Of a DNA stretch of 64,000 nucleotides, positions 36,555 through 46,679 are shown piece after piece (the first letter of the stretch is position 1; each line of letters starts with the position of its first letter). The position numbers and the translations under genes are program-made. The notes beneath the pieces are model-generated. The model searched no databases. It had not been told where the DNA came from and was given only the letters and a program-made list of their open reading frames with translations. The stretch comes from a virus (lineage: Duplodnaviria > Caudoviricetes), in the IMG/VR virus record IMGVR_UViG_3300014204_000179, positions 5,325 through 69,324 of that record. One strand, 5' to 3'.

Positions 36555-39071
36555 CTAAGTATTTTGATCACCTTTACCATGCATTAATGATTGGTGTTTT
36601 TGAATTGCTAAATTCACATTATATGATTTTTGCATAAATTTTTGTCCATCAAGTGTAAGAGTAATTTCATTTACCATCGCAACTCGACCTTGTGTAAATT
36701 CAACTTTTAATGGTTTACTTAAAATATTTGCTAATTCTGAAAACATGCCACCACCTTTAACATTTAGTTTTGATAAACTTGCAACTGTTTGTTGAACAGC
36801 AAGCAAATCTTCTTTAGCACCTGTCATTACTGTTCTAATTTCTTTAAAAGCATTACCAACAACTGCCATAGCTGGAGCATTTTTAGCAAGTGTTCTCATT
36901 ACTCCCGCAAAAACTAAAAATCCTGCAGCACCTGCTGTGAATCCCAACATTGAAGCTGCTATAAAACCAATACCAGCACCTACTTGTAACATCGCAGGAC
37001 CAGCATCTTTTGAGGATTCTACAAGTTTACCAAGTCCCATTCCCATTTGACCAATACCCCATGATGCAATACCAATAGCACCACCCATCATTAATAATGC
37101 AGCACCTAATGCTAATAATGGTACAGCAGCAGGTGCAGCAACTGCTGCAACGATACCAATACCAATAGCTGCAAGAGGAAATGTTATTGCAAGTGTCATT
37201 GCAATAGATTTTAATGTTTTTGCTTGTTCAGGTGTTAATTTTGACATTGAATCCGCAAGTTTACTAATACCTGTAGCAGCAAGTCCAACACCCTCACCCA
37301 TACCCACTGCTGCAAGACCTATACCTGCACCCGCACCTAAAGATTTCATTCCTGCACCCGCACCAGAACCAAAACTTGGAGCAGCACCCGCACCACCAGA
37401 AGTAGGAATCCTACCACTTGTACCACCACCTAATTTACTTCTAATTAATCCACCAAGACCAGCAGCACCTTTACTTGAACCAAAAATTTTAGCTCCAGCC
37501 ATAAATGCTTTATTAAGTATAAATCCACCAGCTAATATACCACCAGCCACTTTAAGACCAGTAGCCATCCATTCTTTTTGTGAAAATGCTTCAATTGCTT
37601 TAGTAACTGTTTCAGCAATTGGTCTAACTGATTTTAATACAGCATCAACCCCTCTAAGCATTGGTAATAGGACAGCTTTTAATTCATTTATTGTTGCTTT
37701 AAATGCTTCATCAAAGGTTTGTGCTTGTTTTGCACGTTCTTCTAAAGATTTTCTTTCTTCAATAAATTTATCTGCTTGTGCACTTGTTAATGTAGTAACA
37801 TCACGCATTTGTCCGGCAATCATTGCTTCAAAACGTCCAGTTTTTGCATTAAAAACAGCAGCACCTTCAATTAAGTCTTTTTGTTCGCTACTAAGACCCA
37901 TACCAGACATTTGTTGACGCATTCTTTGAATTTCTGCTTGTCGTAAACTCATTTCGGTTAATTGTTCATTACTCATACCTAATGATTTTGCTACAGAAGC
38001 AAGTCTATCACGATCAGCAGGACTTATAAATTTTTCAAATGAACCATCTGCCATTTTTCTAAAAGTAACTACACCTTTAGTCATATCTGCAATTTTTTCG
38101 GTAAATTTTGCAGGATCATTACGTGATAAGAAAAGCATTTGAAATGGATCAGTTTTTGCAAATTCTCCACCCATTACTTGTAATTGTGCAGCTAAATCAA
38201 TTGCACCTTCAAGACTTCTTGCAACAGTTGCAGAATCAAGAGCAGCACCAATATCAATTTTAAATTTTTCAGCATACATTGCCATCTGAGCAAAACCTTT
38301 AACACCTTGCTGAAAAGTATATGTTTGTAATTTTTTAAAATTATCTCCAATATTTTTTAATACTTTAGTGGTATTAACACCCATTCTTTCTGATGTATCA
38401 ACAACACCTTGAACATATTCCATTGTTGTTTTAGCATCATACCCCATTAATTCAAATTGTGCACCAAGTCTTGTTGCTGATTCAATACCCAATCCAGTAC
38501 CTTTTCCAATTAATTCAATATCTTTAACCATTTCGGCAGATAATGCACGTGCTCTACCTGTTTCATCTGCATATCCGGTCATTATAGTTTGAATGTCACC
38601 AAGATCACCACCCAATTTTGCAACAAAAACTGCAGATTGTTCAAATGATGATCGCATTATTTCAGCTTTAGCACCAGATATACCAAGATTAAGAATGGTA
38701 CTACGAATTATTTTATCATTTTGATTTAAATATGTCCATAAATTCTTAGCTAAACCACCAATTTCCTGATATAATTTTTTACTTTTAGCTAAATTATCAT
38801 TATATGATTTTTGTTCTTTTGTTAAATTTCTTAATGTAATATATTCTTCATTTTGCTGTTTAATAATATCATTTAAATAATCTTTTTGACTTTTAGTTAA
38901 TTCATTATAATTTCTTTGTAATTCATTAATAGTCATTTGCCTATCACTTCTAACTTGTTGTAATTCAGCAATTTGTTTTTCATTACTTAAATTGTCCCTA
39001 TATTGACCTTGCAAATCTTTCATCATATCGATAAGAGATTGCATATTTTTTTGTTTATCAGTTAAAGCCAT
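36555..39071 (-). CDS. Tail tape measure protein
   Basis: Long helical Ala/Gly-rich protein downstream of the tail chaperone pair. Confidence 0.8.
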   Translation of the reverse strand: MALTDKQKNMQSLIDMMKDLQGQYRDNLSNEKQIAELQQVRSDRQMTINELQRNYNELTKSQKDYLNDIIKQQNEEYITLRNLTKEQKSYNDNLAKSKKLYQEIGGLAKNLWTYLNQNDKIIRSTILNLGISGAKAEIMRSSFEQSAVFVAKLGGDLGDIQTIMTGYADETGRARALSAEMVKDIELIGKGTGLGIESATRLGAQFELMGYDAKTTMEYVQGVVDTSERMGVNTTKVLKNIGDNFKKLQTYTFQQGVKGFAQMAMYAEKFKIDIGAALDSATVARSLEGAIDLAAQLQVMGGEFAKTDPFQMLFLSRNDPAKFTEKIADMTKGVVTFRKMADGSFEKFISPADRDRLASVAKSLGMSNEQLTEMSLRQAEIQRMRQQMSGMGLSSEQKDLIEGAAVFNAKTGRFEAMIAGQMRDVTTLTSAQADKFIEERKSLEERAKQAQTFDEAFKATINELKAVLLPMLRGVDAVLKSVRPIAETVTKAIEAFSQKEWMATGLKVAGGILAGGFILNKAFMAGAKIFGSSKGAAGLGGLIRSKLGGGTSGRIPTSGGAGAAPSFGSGAGAGMKSLGAGAGIGLAAVGMGEGVGLAATGISKLADSMSKLTPEQAKTLKSIAMTLAITFPLAAIGIGIVAAVAAPAAVPLLALGAALLMMGGAIGIASWGIGQMGMGLGKLVESSKDAGPAMLQVGAGIGFIAASMLGFTAGAAGFLVFAGVMRTLAKNAPAMAVVGNAFKEIRTVMTGAKEDLLAVQQTVASLSKLNVKGGGMFSELANILSKPLKVEFTQGRVAMVNEITLTLDGQKFMQKSYNVNLAIQKHQSLMHGKGDQNT

Positions 39072-39116
39072 ATTAAATTATTATTCTATAGATATAAATA
39101 CAAAAGACCAAGAATT

Positions 39117-39296
39117 TTATCTTCTTGATCTCGAATTGTATTTATTTTTTGCTTGGTCTTGAAGTTTTTCTATTTCTTCATTTTCTTTTTGTAGTAAATA
39201 TAAATAATGTCGTCTTTTATAAATTGGTATTTTTTCAATATAATCAGCATCAAAGTTAGCATGTTTGGTTAGAATGAAGACTTCCTCATCAATCAT
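39117..39296 (-). CDS. Small ORF missed by the track; probable C-terminal extension of the tail assembly chaperone
   Basis: MIDEEVFILTKHANFDADYIEKIPIYKRRHYLYLLQKENEE... (59 aa). Its frame is open back to the T9 run at 39327-39335. Confidence 0.7.
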   Translation of the reverse strand: MIDEEVFILTKHANFDADYIEKIPIYKRRHYLYLLQKENEEIEKLQDQAKNKYNSRSRR

Positions 39297-39313
39297 TTTC
39301 TTATACTCACCTG

Positions 39314-40213
39314 CTAACTGTTTGGGAAAAAAAAATCTATTCCGATTGATAATGTTGCTTCAAAAGTATAACCATCTTTAGCATTAAATTGATATCTCAT
39401 ATCAATATCCGGGGAAACTTCCATAATTTTTTTACGAATGGTAAGTGCATCCAATGCTGGCATTGCATCTACAAATTTATCAATATATGATCGATCAGTT
39501 TTTTCATTAATTGAAACAATATGTGCTTTTATTTTTAATGTTGAATATTGACTAAATTCTTCACTATATGCTTCTTGAATTGCTTGTGCTTTTTTAAATA
39601 TTTGATTTTCTTCACCTGTTGTTAAAAGTCTTAGTTTTGCAATTTTTTTACGCATTGGTAATTCAACAACATAATAACCTTGTTCATCAGGCATTTCCGT
39701 AACTTCTTTATATTTTAATTTAGTTAAATCAACAGTGTTTTTAAAAGGTATATTAGTTCTTGGATCATTTACTTGAACAGTATAATCAGTACCATAACTT
39801 GAAGTACGTAAAAATAAAATAATTGCACTTCTATCACCAATTAATAAATCTTCAGGATTAACTCCCGGTGTTTTAATTTTTCTTTTTAATAAAACATCAA
39901 TAACAGTACCATTCTCAATTAAGGAAGGAGTAGTTAATAAATCTTCATCTCTGGAAGTCATATATTCAACATTGACTTCTGAAAGTTTATTTTCATAAAA
40001 AATTCCTTTTGATGGTAATTTAACTTCTTCATAAACTGTCATTAAATCGGGATCAGTTTCCCTTGACATAGTTTTTTCAAATTCATTTTGATTAAATGAT
40101 GTTGGTTTTGGAATTGCAGTTCCTGTAGCCATATTAGTTGATTCTTTATATTTTTTTAAAGCATCTGCTACTGATTCTTTTTGTGGAAATGATGTTTGTC
40201 CTTCGTTATCCAT
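39314..40213 (-). CDS. Tail assembly chaperone / baseplate hub assembly protein (T4 gp26-like)
   Basis: VKLPSKG.FY, EYMT.RDED.L, LL.GDR.AI..FLR..SYG, ends IDFFFPNS; upstream of the tape measure gene. Confidence 0.75.
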   Translation of the reverse strand: MDNEGQTSFPQKESVADALKKYKESTNMATGTAIPKPTSFNQNEFEKTMSRETDPDLMTVYEEVKLPSKGIFYENKLSEVNVEYMTSRDEDLLTTPSLIENGTVIDVLLKRKIKTPGVNPEDLLIGDRSAIILFLRTSSYGTDYTVQVNDPRTNIPFKNTVDLTKLKYKEVTEMPDEQGYYVVELPMRKKIAKLRLLTTGEENQIFKKAQAIQEAYSEEFSQYSTLKIKAHIVSINEKTDRSYIDKFVDAMPALDALTIRKKIMEVSPDIDMRYQFNAKDGYTFEATLSIGIDFFFPNS

Positions 40214-40364
40214 TTTATAAAAATTTATATTTTATTATTGTTTTTTGATAAATACTGTGAAAAATATTTTTTAAAAAATTCAAGATTTTTAATTTATTAA
40301 CGTATTAATATATATAACTAATTATATTTTTAAAAACAGTAACTAAATTAAAATTTTTTAAAAA

Positions 40365-40646
40365 ATGGAAAAAAAAATATTAGTAATGTATATTGGAGTA
40401 GCAGGTGTTCGATCAGAAGATATTGAAAATTTTGTACATAAACTTTTAAATAAGATAGCACCAACAACATTTGATGGTGAAGTAATTGTTATTCCAACAC
40501 AATCTTTAGATACAAGAGTTGAATGTATTGATCCTAAATATATTACTGAAGATGAATTAATTAAAGAGCACACAGAAATGATGAAAATTTTACAGAATGA
40601 ACTTCAATTTCAATTAGAAGAATTAAAAAAAGAAAATAATGAGTAA
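40365..40646 (+). CDS. Hypothetical protein
   Basis: 93-aa ORF, first of a plus-strand block. Confidence 0.65.
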   Translation: MEKKILVMYIGVAGVRSEDIENFVHKLLNKIAPTTFDGEVIVIPTQSLDTRVECIDPKYITEDELIKEHTEMMKILQNELQFQLEELKKENNE

Positions 40647-41379
40647 AATTAGAGTAGGAATCGACATAAATGAGATTTTAAGAGCAAAATGGTTACAATT
40701 TGATCGATTTTATTCTCAAGAATTTGGTGAAGAAGGTGCACCACAACCACAACCATATGTTTATGATTATTTTAAATATTATAGGTGGAATGATATGGTT
40801 GAAAAACAAAAAGAATTAAAAGAACCGGACGAAATACCAGAAAATATTAATCCAATCGAATATCAAATAGATGATAAAACAGGTGAATCACCTGCGGATG
40901 TTTTTTTATTTAAAAAGGATGAAGAAATAAAACTTACTGCAAGAGAAGTTTATAATCGTTTTATGTATGAAGATTATGTTTTTGAAATTCATGCAAGTGC
41001 TACAATGATGTATAAAGGCATGGATTTACATATTAATAAATTTCTTTTAAAATATAGTAATACTGCTGAATTTACTGCATTGTCAGTAGAAAATATATTT
41101 AGTATTCCACCAACATTATTTTTTTTAAGTAAAATAACAAGTCGTTTTAAAAATTATCGATTTGTTAATAAATCAATTGATATGTGGAAAGATGTTGATG
41201 TCCTAATCACTACTGATCCTGAAATATTAGAATTAGGTGTTCCTTGGGGTAAAAAACTAATAAAATTAATCAGACCATATAATGAAAAAATTAAATCTGG
41301 TTCATTAGAAGTATTACAAATTAATGATTTAAATGAAAATAAAGAATTTGAAAAAATAATTAAATATAAAAACAAATAA
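40639..41379 (+). CDS. HAD-like (5'-nucleotidase-fold) protein
   Basis: RVGIDINEILR N-terminus and DVLITTDP...KLIRPYN C-terminus resemble the NT5C/HAD layout. Confidence 0.4.
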   Translation: MSKIRVGIDINEILRAKWLQFDRFYSQEFGEEGAPQPQPYVYDYFKYYRWNDMVEKQKELKEPDEIPENINPIEYQIDDKTGESPADVFLFKKDEEIKLTAREVYNRFMYEDYVFEIHASATMMYKGMDLHINKFLLKYSNTAEFTALSVENIFSIPPTLFFLSKITSRFKNYRFVNKSIDMWKDVDVLITTDPEILELGVPWGKKLIKLIRPYNEKIKSGSLEVLQINDLNENKEFEKIIKYKNK

Positions 41380-41381
41380 AA

Positions 41382-42542
41382 ATGAGCGAAGAAATTTTAA
41401 ATAATGAAGCACGTGATGCTGAAATTCGTAAAGCAGAAGAAGAAAAAATTTTAAAAATAAAAACTTCTTTAAAAAACATCATAAATAAAAAATCAAAATT
41501 TATATTCTGTGTACCAGAATCCCAATCACCAGCAGCAAGTGTATATGAAATTTATTTTCATGCAACTGTTGTAAAAAATATGGGTTATGAAGTTGTTGTT
41601 ATGGTTGAAAAGGGTGATTATATTCCACCAATTTGGATTGAAAAAGAATTAACTGATCACAAACATATGGCATTTAGTGATTCTAAAATGACGGTAGGAC
41701 CTGAAGACATTATGATTATTCCTGAAGTATTTTCAAACATTATGGAACAAACAAAAAATCTTCCATGTATGAGAATTGGATTACTACAATCAGTAGATTA
41801 TATGGTTAATTCATTAATTCCGGGAACTGATTGGAGAAGTTTTGGGATTAGTGATATTATTACTACATCTAAAACGATTAAAGAATGGGTTGAAACATAT
41901 TACGGAAATAAATTTAATATTAAATTTTATAATATTGGAATTCCAGATTATTTTGCAAAATCAAATGTTCCACAAAAACCAATAATTTCAATAGTTGGTA
42001 GAAATCCAAATGAGATTTCAAAATTTGTAAAACTTTTTTTTAATCGACATCCTCAATACAATTGGATCACTTTTGATCCAATGCTTACAAAAAGTAAACC
42101 ACCACAACCAATGAGAAGAATTGATTTTGCAAAAAGATTACAAAATAATTTTGCTGCAGTTTGGATTGACAGAATTTCAAGTTTTGGTACTTTTCCACTT
42201 GAATGTATGAAATCTGGTGTTATACCAATTTGTTTAAAACCAGACATTATGCCAGATTTTATGCTTGAAAAAGATGAAGAAGGAAATACAATTAAAATTG
42301 TTGAAGGTGGTGGTGTTTGGACGGATAATTATTATGATCTTCCAATTATTACAAGTGAAGTATTAGTTAAATTTTTGGATGATAATATTTTACCTACACT
42401 ATATGAATCAATGGATAAAATCGTTGAAAAATATACACAAAAAAATGCTGAACTAATGTTAATTAATATTTATCAAGAATATATTAATCAGAGAATTAAT
42501 CTTTTAAATGCTGCATTAATTCCACAAACAGAACAAAAATAA
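41382..42542 (+). CDS. GT-B glycosyltransferase
   Basis: IMIIPE, VWIDRISSFGTFPLECMKSG. Confidence 0.7.
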   Translation: MSEEILNNEARDAEIRKAEEEKILKIKTSLKNIINKKSKFIFCVPESQSPAASVYEIYFHATVVKNMGYEVVVMVEKGDYIPPIWIEKELTDHKHMAFSDSKMTVGPEDIMIIPEVFSNIMEQTKNLPCMRIGLLQSVDYMVNSLIPGTDWRSFGISDIITTSKTIKEWVETYYGNKFNIKFYNIGIPDYFAKSNVPQKPIISIVGRNPNEISKFVKLFFNRHPQYNWITFDPMLTKSKPPQPMRRIDFAKRLQNNFAAVWIDRISSFGTFPLECMKSGVIPICLKPDIMPDFMLEKDEEGNTIKIVEGGGVWTDNYYDLPIITSEVLVKFLDDNILPTLYESMDKIVEKYTQKNAELMLINIYQEYINQRINLLNAALIPQTEQK

Positions 42543-42566
42543 TTTTTAAATTAATTTATATTAAAA

Positions 42567-43394
42567 ATGAACAACTTATCAATAATAATACCAATTCATG
42601 AATATAATGATAAATTATCAAGTTATTTAGATAAAGCTATTGAATCAATTATAGCACAAGAAGAAATTGTAAAAATACCAATGATAATTTTGGTGTTTCC
42701 GAATACGCTTGAAAATGAAATTAAAGGATTTGTTGAATCACAGATTCAAAAATATCAGGATAAAGGAATAACATATCAAAATTTTTATCTTGTTAATAAT
42801 TTTGATACTTCAGATTATCAAACACAAGTTAATCTTGCAGTCAAATCAATAAATACTGAATATTTCACTGTACTTGAATTCGATGATGAATTCAGTAAAA
42901 CTTTTATAAAAAATGCCGAAAATTATATTAATTCATATTCTGACATAGATGTGTTTTTAACTATGATGATTGAGGTAAATAATAAAAATGAAGGAATTAA
43001 ATTAACCAATGAAACTGTATGGGCACAACAATTTGTTGGTGAAAATGGCGAAATGGGTTATTTGAATCTCAACGCATTAAAGCAATATACTGATTTTAAA
43101 TTAAGTGGTGCGGTAATCAAAAAATCTGAATTTGAATTCCTTGGTGGTTATAAACCAAACATTAAATTAACTTTTATGTATGAATTTTTACTTAGAGCAT
43201 TAAATAATGCAAATAAAATATTCAGCATACCTAAAATCGGATATAAACATCTTATTGGAAGAGAAGAAAGTTTATTCGATACGTATCAAAAAATAATGTC
43301 AGTTAATGAAAGAAAATTCTGGTTCGAAACCGCAATTAAAGAATCTAACTTTTTAAATGATAGAGTAATTGATATGTCAATGTTAGAAAAATAA
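42567..43394 (+). CDS. GT2-family glycosyltransferase
   Basis: LSIIIPIH, YFTVLEFDD, FLLRA.N, GYKH. Confidence 0.75.
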   Translation: MNNLSIIIPIHEYNDKLSSYLDKAIESIIAQEEIVKIPMIILVFPNTLENEIKGFVESQIQKYQDKGITYQNFYLVNNFDTSDYQTQVNLAVKSINTEYFTVLEFDDEFSKTFIKNAENYINSYSDIDVFLTMMIEVNNKNEGIKLTNETVWAQQFVGENGEMGYLNLNALKQYTDFKLSGAVIKKSEFEFLGGYKPNIKLTFMYEFLLRALNNANKIFSIPKIGYKHLIGREESLFDTYQKIMSVNERKFWFETAIKESNFLNDRVIDMSMLEK

Positions 43395-43415
43395 TTTTAT
43401 GTTTTGTTATGAAAA

Positions 43416-44285
43416 ATGAAAGAAAATGAAATTAGTGCTCCGTATTTCGCTGAAAGGGAAGAAAAAGCCGTTATAGATTATATTAATTCAAATTCATTAG
43501 AAGAAAAAAATAAAATTTATAATCAAATTTTAATTGAACCCTTCCGAAAAATGATACAAAGTATTTTAAGAAGATATCCCATTCATATTGGTAATTATGA
43601 TATGAGTGAGATTGAATCCAATGCTCTTACTCATTTAATTGAACATATGATTAAATACAGACCGTTTATTATTGAATATAATAAAAGTGATTCAGATAAA
43701 TGGATTAAAATGGATGTTAATTATAAATTTTGGGATATTGAAGAAGCAAACGAAAAATTAAATTTTTTAATTAAAGAAAATAAAAATATTAATTATAGAA
43801 TATTTAATTCTAAAGCATTTAGTTATTGTCAAACAATTATTAGAAACTACTATAAAGATCATAGTAAGAAAAGTTATACTGAAAAGAAAATTAATTTATC
43901 TTTTGATGATTATATTGATGAAATTAATGAAAATATTGAATATTCGTATGAAATAGAAAGTGAAACTCAAAATAGTCTTGATAAACTTATTGATAATGTT
44001 GTTAATAAAATCGAAAATAAAATCGATCAAGACATATTAATGAAAAAAAATGAGATTATTGTTGGTGATGCAATTGCAAACGTATTAAAAAATTGGCATA
44101 TTTTATTTATGGAAGATACTCCAGATGGGAAATATAATAAAAGGATTACAAATAAATTTGCAAAAAATAAAATTTTATTGTTTTTAAAAGAACAAACTGG
44201 TCTATCAACAAAAGAAATTAGATTAGCTATTAAGCCATTTAAAGAAATATATTTTTTAGAAAAAATAACATTTATGGATGATTAA
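43416..44285 (+). CDS. Phage sigma factor (T4 gp55-like late sigma)
   Basis: YFAEREEKAV..Y, F.KMI.SI..RY, KAFSYCQTIIRNYY resemble the region-2 motif of phage late sigmas. Confidence 0.6.
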   Translation: MKENEISAPYFAEREEKAVIDYINSNSLEEKNKIYNQILIEPFRKMIQSILRRYPIHIGNYDMSEIESNALTHLIEHMIKYRPFIIEYNKSDSDKWIKMDVNYKFWDIEEANEKLNFLIKENKNINYRIFNSKAFSYCQTIIRNYYKDHSKKSYTEKKINLSFDDYIDEINENIEYSYEIESETQNSLDKLIDNVVNKIENKIDQDILMKKNEIIVGDAIANVLKNWHILFMEDTPDGKYNKRITNKFAKNKILLFLKEQTGLSTKEIRLAIKPFKEIYFLEKITFMDD

Positions 44286-44288
44286 ATT

Positions 44289-44498
44289 ATGTTATTTTTT
44301 TGTGATAATAATCGACATATTGTTTGTACACCATATTCAGAAGAGAATCTCCATAAAATGGCAAAAATATTAAAAATAAAAAAATATTGGTTTCATAAAA
44401 ATCATTATGATATCCCAAAAAAGAGAATTGAAGAAATTAAATCAAAATGTATAATTGTATCAAGTAGAGATATTGTTAATATCATAAAAAATGTATAA
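44289..44498 (+). CDS. Small protein with HYD motif (DUF4031-like)
   Basis: LHKMAK.L.IKKYWFHKNHYDI. Confidence 0.5.
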   Translation: MLFFCDNNRHIVCTPYSEENLHKMAKILKIKKYWFHKNHYDIPKKRIEEIKSKCIIVSSRDIVNIIKNV

Positions 44499-44985
44499 AA
44501 TATATCAAACCATTATTGATAAAGATTATGGTAATTGTATGCAAGCTGCGGTTGCCAGTTTATTTGAATTATCATTAAATGATGTTCCAAATTTTAATCT
44601 CTTAGGTCAAGATTGGTTTCGTGAATTTTATGCATTAATTAAAAAACATGGTTATGATTATGATGGTTGTCTTTATAATTATAATAAATATCGAATTATT
44701 AATAAAAGAAAAGGTTTATCAACTGTACATTTAAAAACCAGATTTAATAAAATAAAACAAATGAAAGGGGTTAAGGGTTATTTCTTTGCATCGGTTTATT
44801 CTCCAAAATATTATAATTCTAATGAAGACCCTGCGATAACACATGCAGTTATAATTGATAAAAATCTTAATATAGTACATGATGTTAATCCTAAAAATAC
44901 TAATATTATAAGTTATCCTGAAAGTAAATTACTTAAATATAATGGAATTCTTGATATATTTATGATAAATCCTATTTCTAATTAA
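44491..44985 (+). CDS. Hypothetical protein (possible papain-like C...H pair)
   Basis: GNCMQAAVASLF...VPNF and THAVI. Confidence 0.5.
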   Translation: MYKIYQTIIDKDYGNCMQAAVASLFELSLNDVPNFNLLGQDWFREFYALIKKHGYDYDGCLYNYNKYRIINKRKGLSTVHLKTRFNKIKQMKGVKGYFFASVYSPKYYNSNEDPAITHAVIIDKNLNIVHDVNPKNTNIISYPESKLLKYNGILDIFMINPISN

Positions 44986-45038
44986 TTTGTATTTACAAAA
45001 TAATAAATTTTTTGTAAAATTTAAGTATTTATGGGAGA

Positions 45039-46247
45039 ATGAAATTTATTTATAAATCATATAAATTTAAAATTATCCCCAATAATGAGCAAAAAGTTCT
45101 TTTTGCTAAACATTTTGGAGCTTGTAGATTTGTGTTTAACCATTATTTAAATCTTAGAAAAGAAACTTATTTAGAAGAAAAAAAATCACTTAACTATTAT
45201 GATAACGCAAATGACCTGACTATTTTAAAAAAGAATGAACAGTTTGTATGGCTAAAAGAAATTAACTCACAAAGTTTACAGTCATCACTTAGAAATTTAG
45301 ATACGGCATATAATAAATTTTTTAGAAGACAAACTCAATTTCCAAAATTTAAAAACAAATACAACAAACAAAGTTTTACCATACCACAGTCAGTATATAT
45401 CGAAAAAGATAAACTTTATATACCAAAATTTAAAAAAGGAATTAAAATAAATATTCACAAACAAATTAAAGGTAAAATTCTTTCTACAACAATATCTATG
45501 TCAACAACGGGTAAATACTATGTAAGTTTTACTTGTGAAGTTGAATATACCCCATTTGAAAAAACAAATTCAAATATTGGTATTGATACAGGTATAAAGG
45601 ATTTAGCAATACTTTCAGACGGTAAAGTCTATAAAAACATTAAGACACTTAAAACCAATTTAAAAAAGTTAAAATATAATCAAAGACAATTATCTAAAAA
45701 AGTAAAAGGAAGTAATTCCAAATTAAAACAAAAATCAAAACTTGCAATAGTACACGAAAAAATAAGTAATATTAGAAAAGACTATTTACATAAAGTCAGT
45801 ACAGAAATCATCAAAAACCACGATGTAATTTGTATTGAAGATTTGACAGTAAAAAATATGATGAAGAATCATAAGTTAGCACAAGCATTTTTGGATGTTT
45901 CGTTGGGAACTTTTTACACTATGCTTGAATATAAAGCTAATTGGAATGACAAAATAATCGTTAAGATTGATAGATTTTTTCCAAGTAGTAAAACATGTAA
46001 TGTTTGTAATTATATTAATCAAAACTTAACTCTAAAAGATAGAAAATGGACTTGTCCAAGTTGTAATACAATACACGATAGAGATTTTAATGCAAGTATA
46101 AATATTAAGAAACAAGGTTTAAAAATACTATCTGGTTCAGGAACTGAATCGGATATAAAACAAAAACATGATGAGGCATTATCAATTGATAAGTCAATGA
46201 AGCATGAAACCAATTTAATTGGTAGTTCATATGTACTAAAACTATAA
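45039..46247 (+). mobile_element. tnpB: IS200/IS605-family TnpB RNA-guided nuclease, no TnpA nearby
   Basis: FGACRFVFN, RuvC residues GIDTG / IEDL / HDRDFNA, Zn finger CNVC..CPSC; right-end-like hairpin ACCAATT-T-AATTGGT-AGTTCAT ending at 46230. Confidence 0.9.
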
Positions 46248-46287
46248 TTATATTTATTAATAAAAGTATTTATGTAAAAATAATAAT

Positions 46288-46677
46288 ATGAGACCAACCA
46301 GAAAAAAACTAAAATTTGATGAAGAAAGTGTAAATAATTTATTACAAGAAATTTACAACGAATCACATAACATCAAAGCTAAGATTACCAGATTGTTTAC
46401 AAAATGGGAACTTAAAGTAAAAGAAAATGCTGAAATTGCTGGAATTGGTGATCATATTGTTAAACTTATTGCTGCGGAAGCAAAAAATCAAGATCAAAAA
46501 ATTATGCTTCTTCGATATTTAAAAGAAGTTGTTTTTGATGAAAAAAATTCGAAAAATGTTCCAGAAGAAACAGGTATTAATTTTGGTGATAAAAAGAAAG
46601 TCACTGATGAAAGAAGAACCGAATTATTAAATTTAGTTCAGGAAGAATTGGATAAAAAGGATAAACTTAAAAACTAA
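46288..46677 (+). CDS. Hypothetical protein
   Basis: 129-aa ORF with GTATTTAT at 46266-46273. Confidence 0.7.
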   Translation: MRPTRKKLKFDEESVNNLLQEIYNESHNIKAKITRLFTKWELKVKENAEIAGIGDHIVKLIAAEAKNQDQKIMLLRYLKEVVFDEKNSKNVPEETGINFGDKKKVTDERRTELLNLVQEELDKKDKLKN

Positions 46678-46679
46678 AA

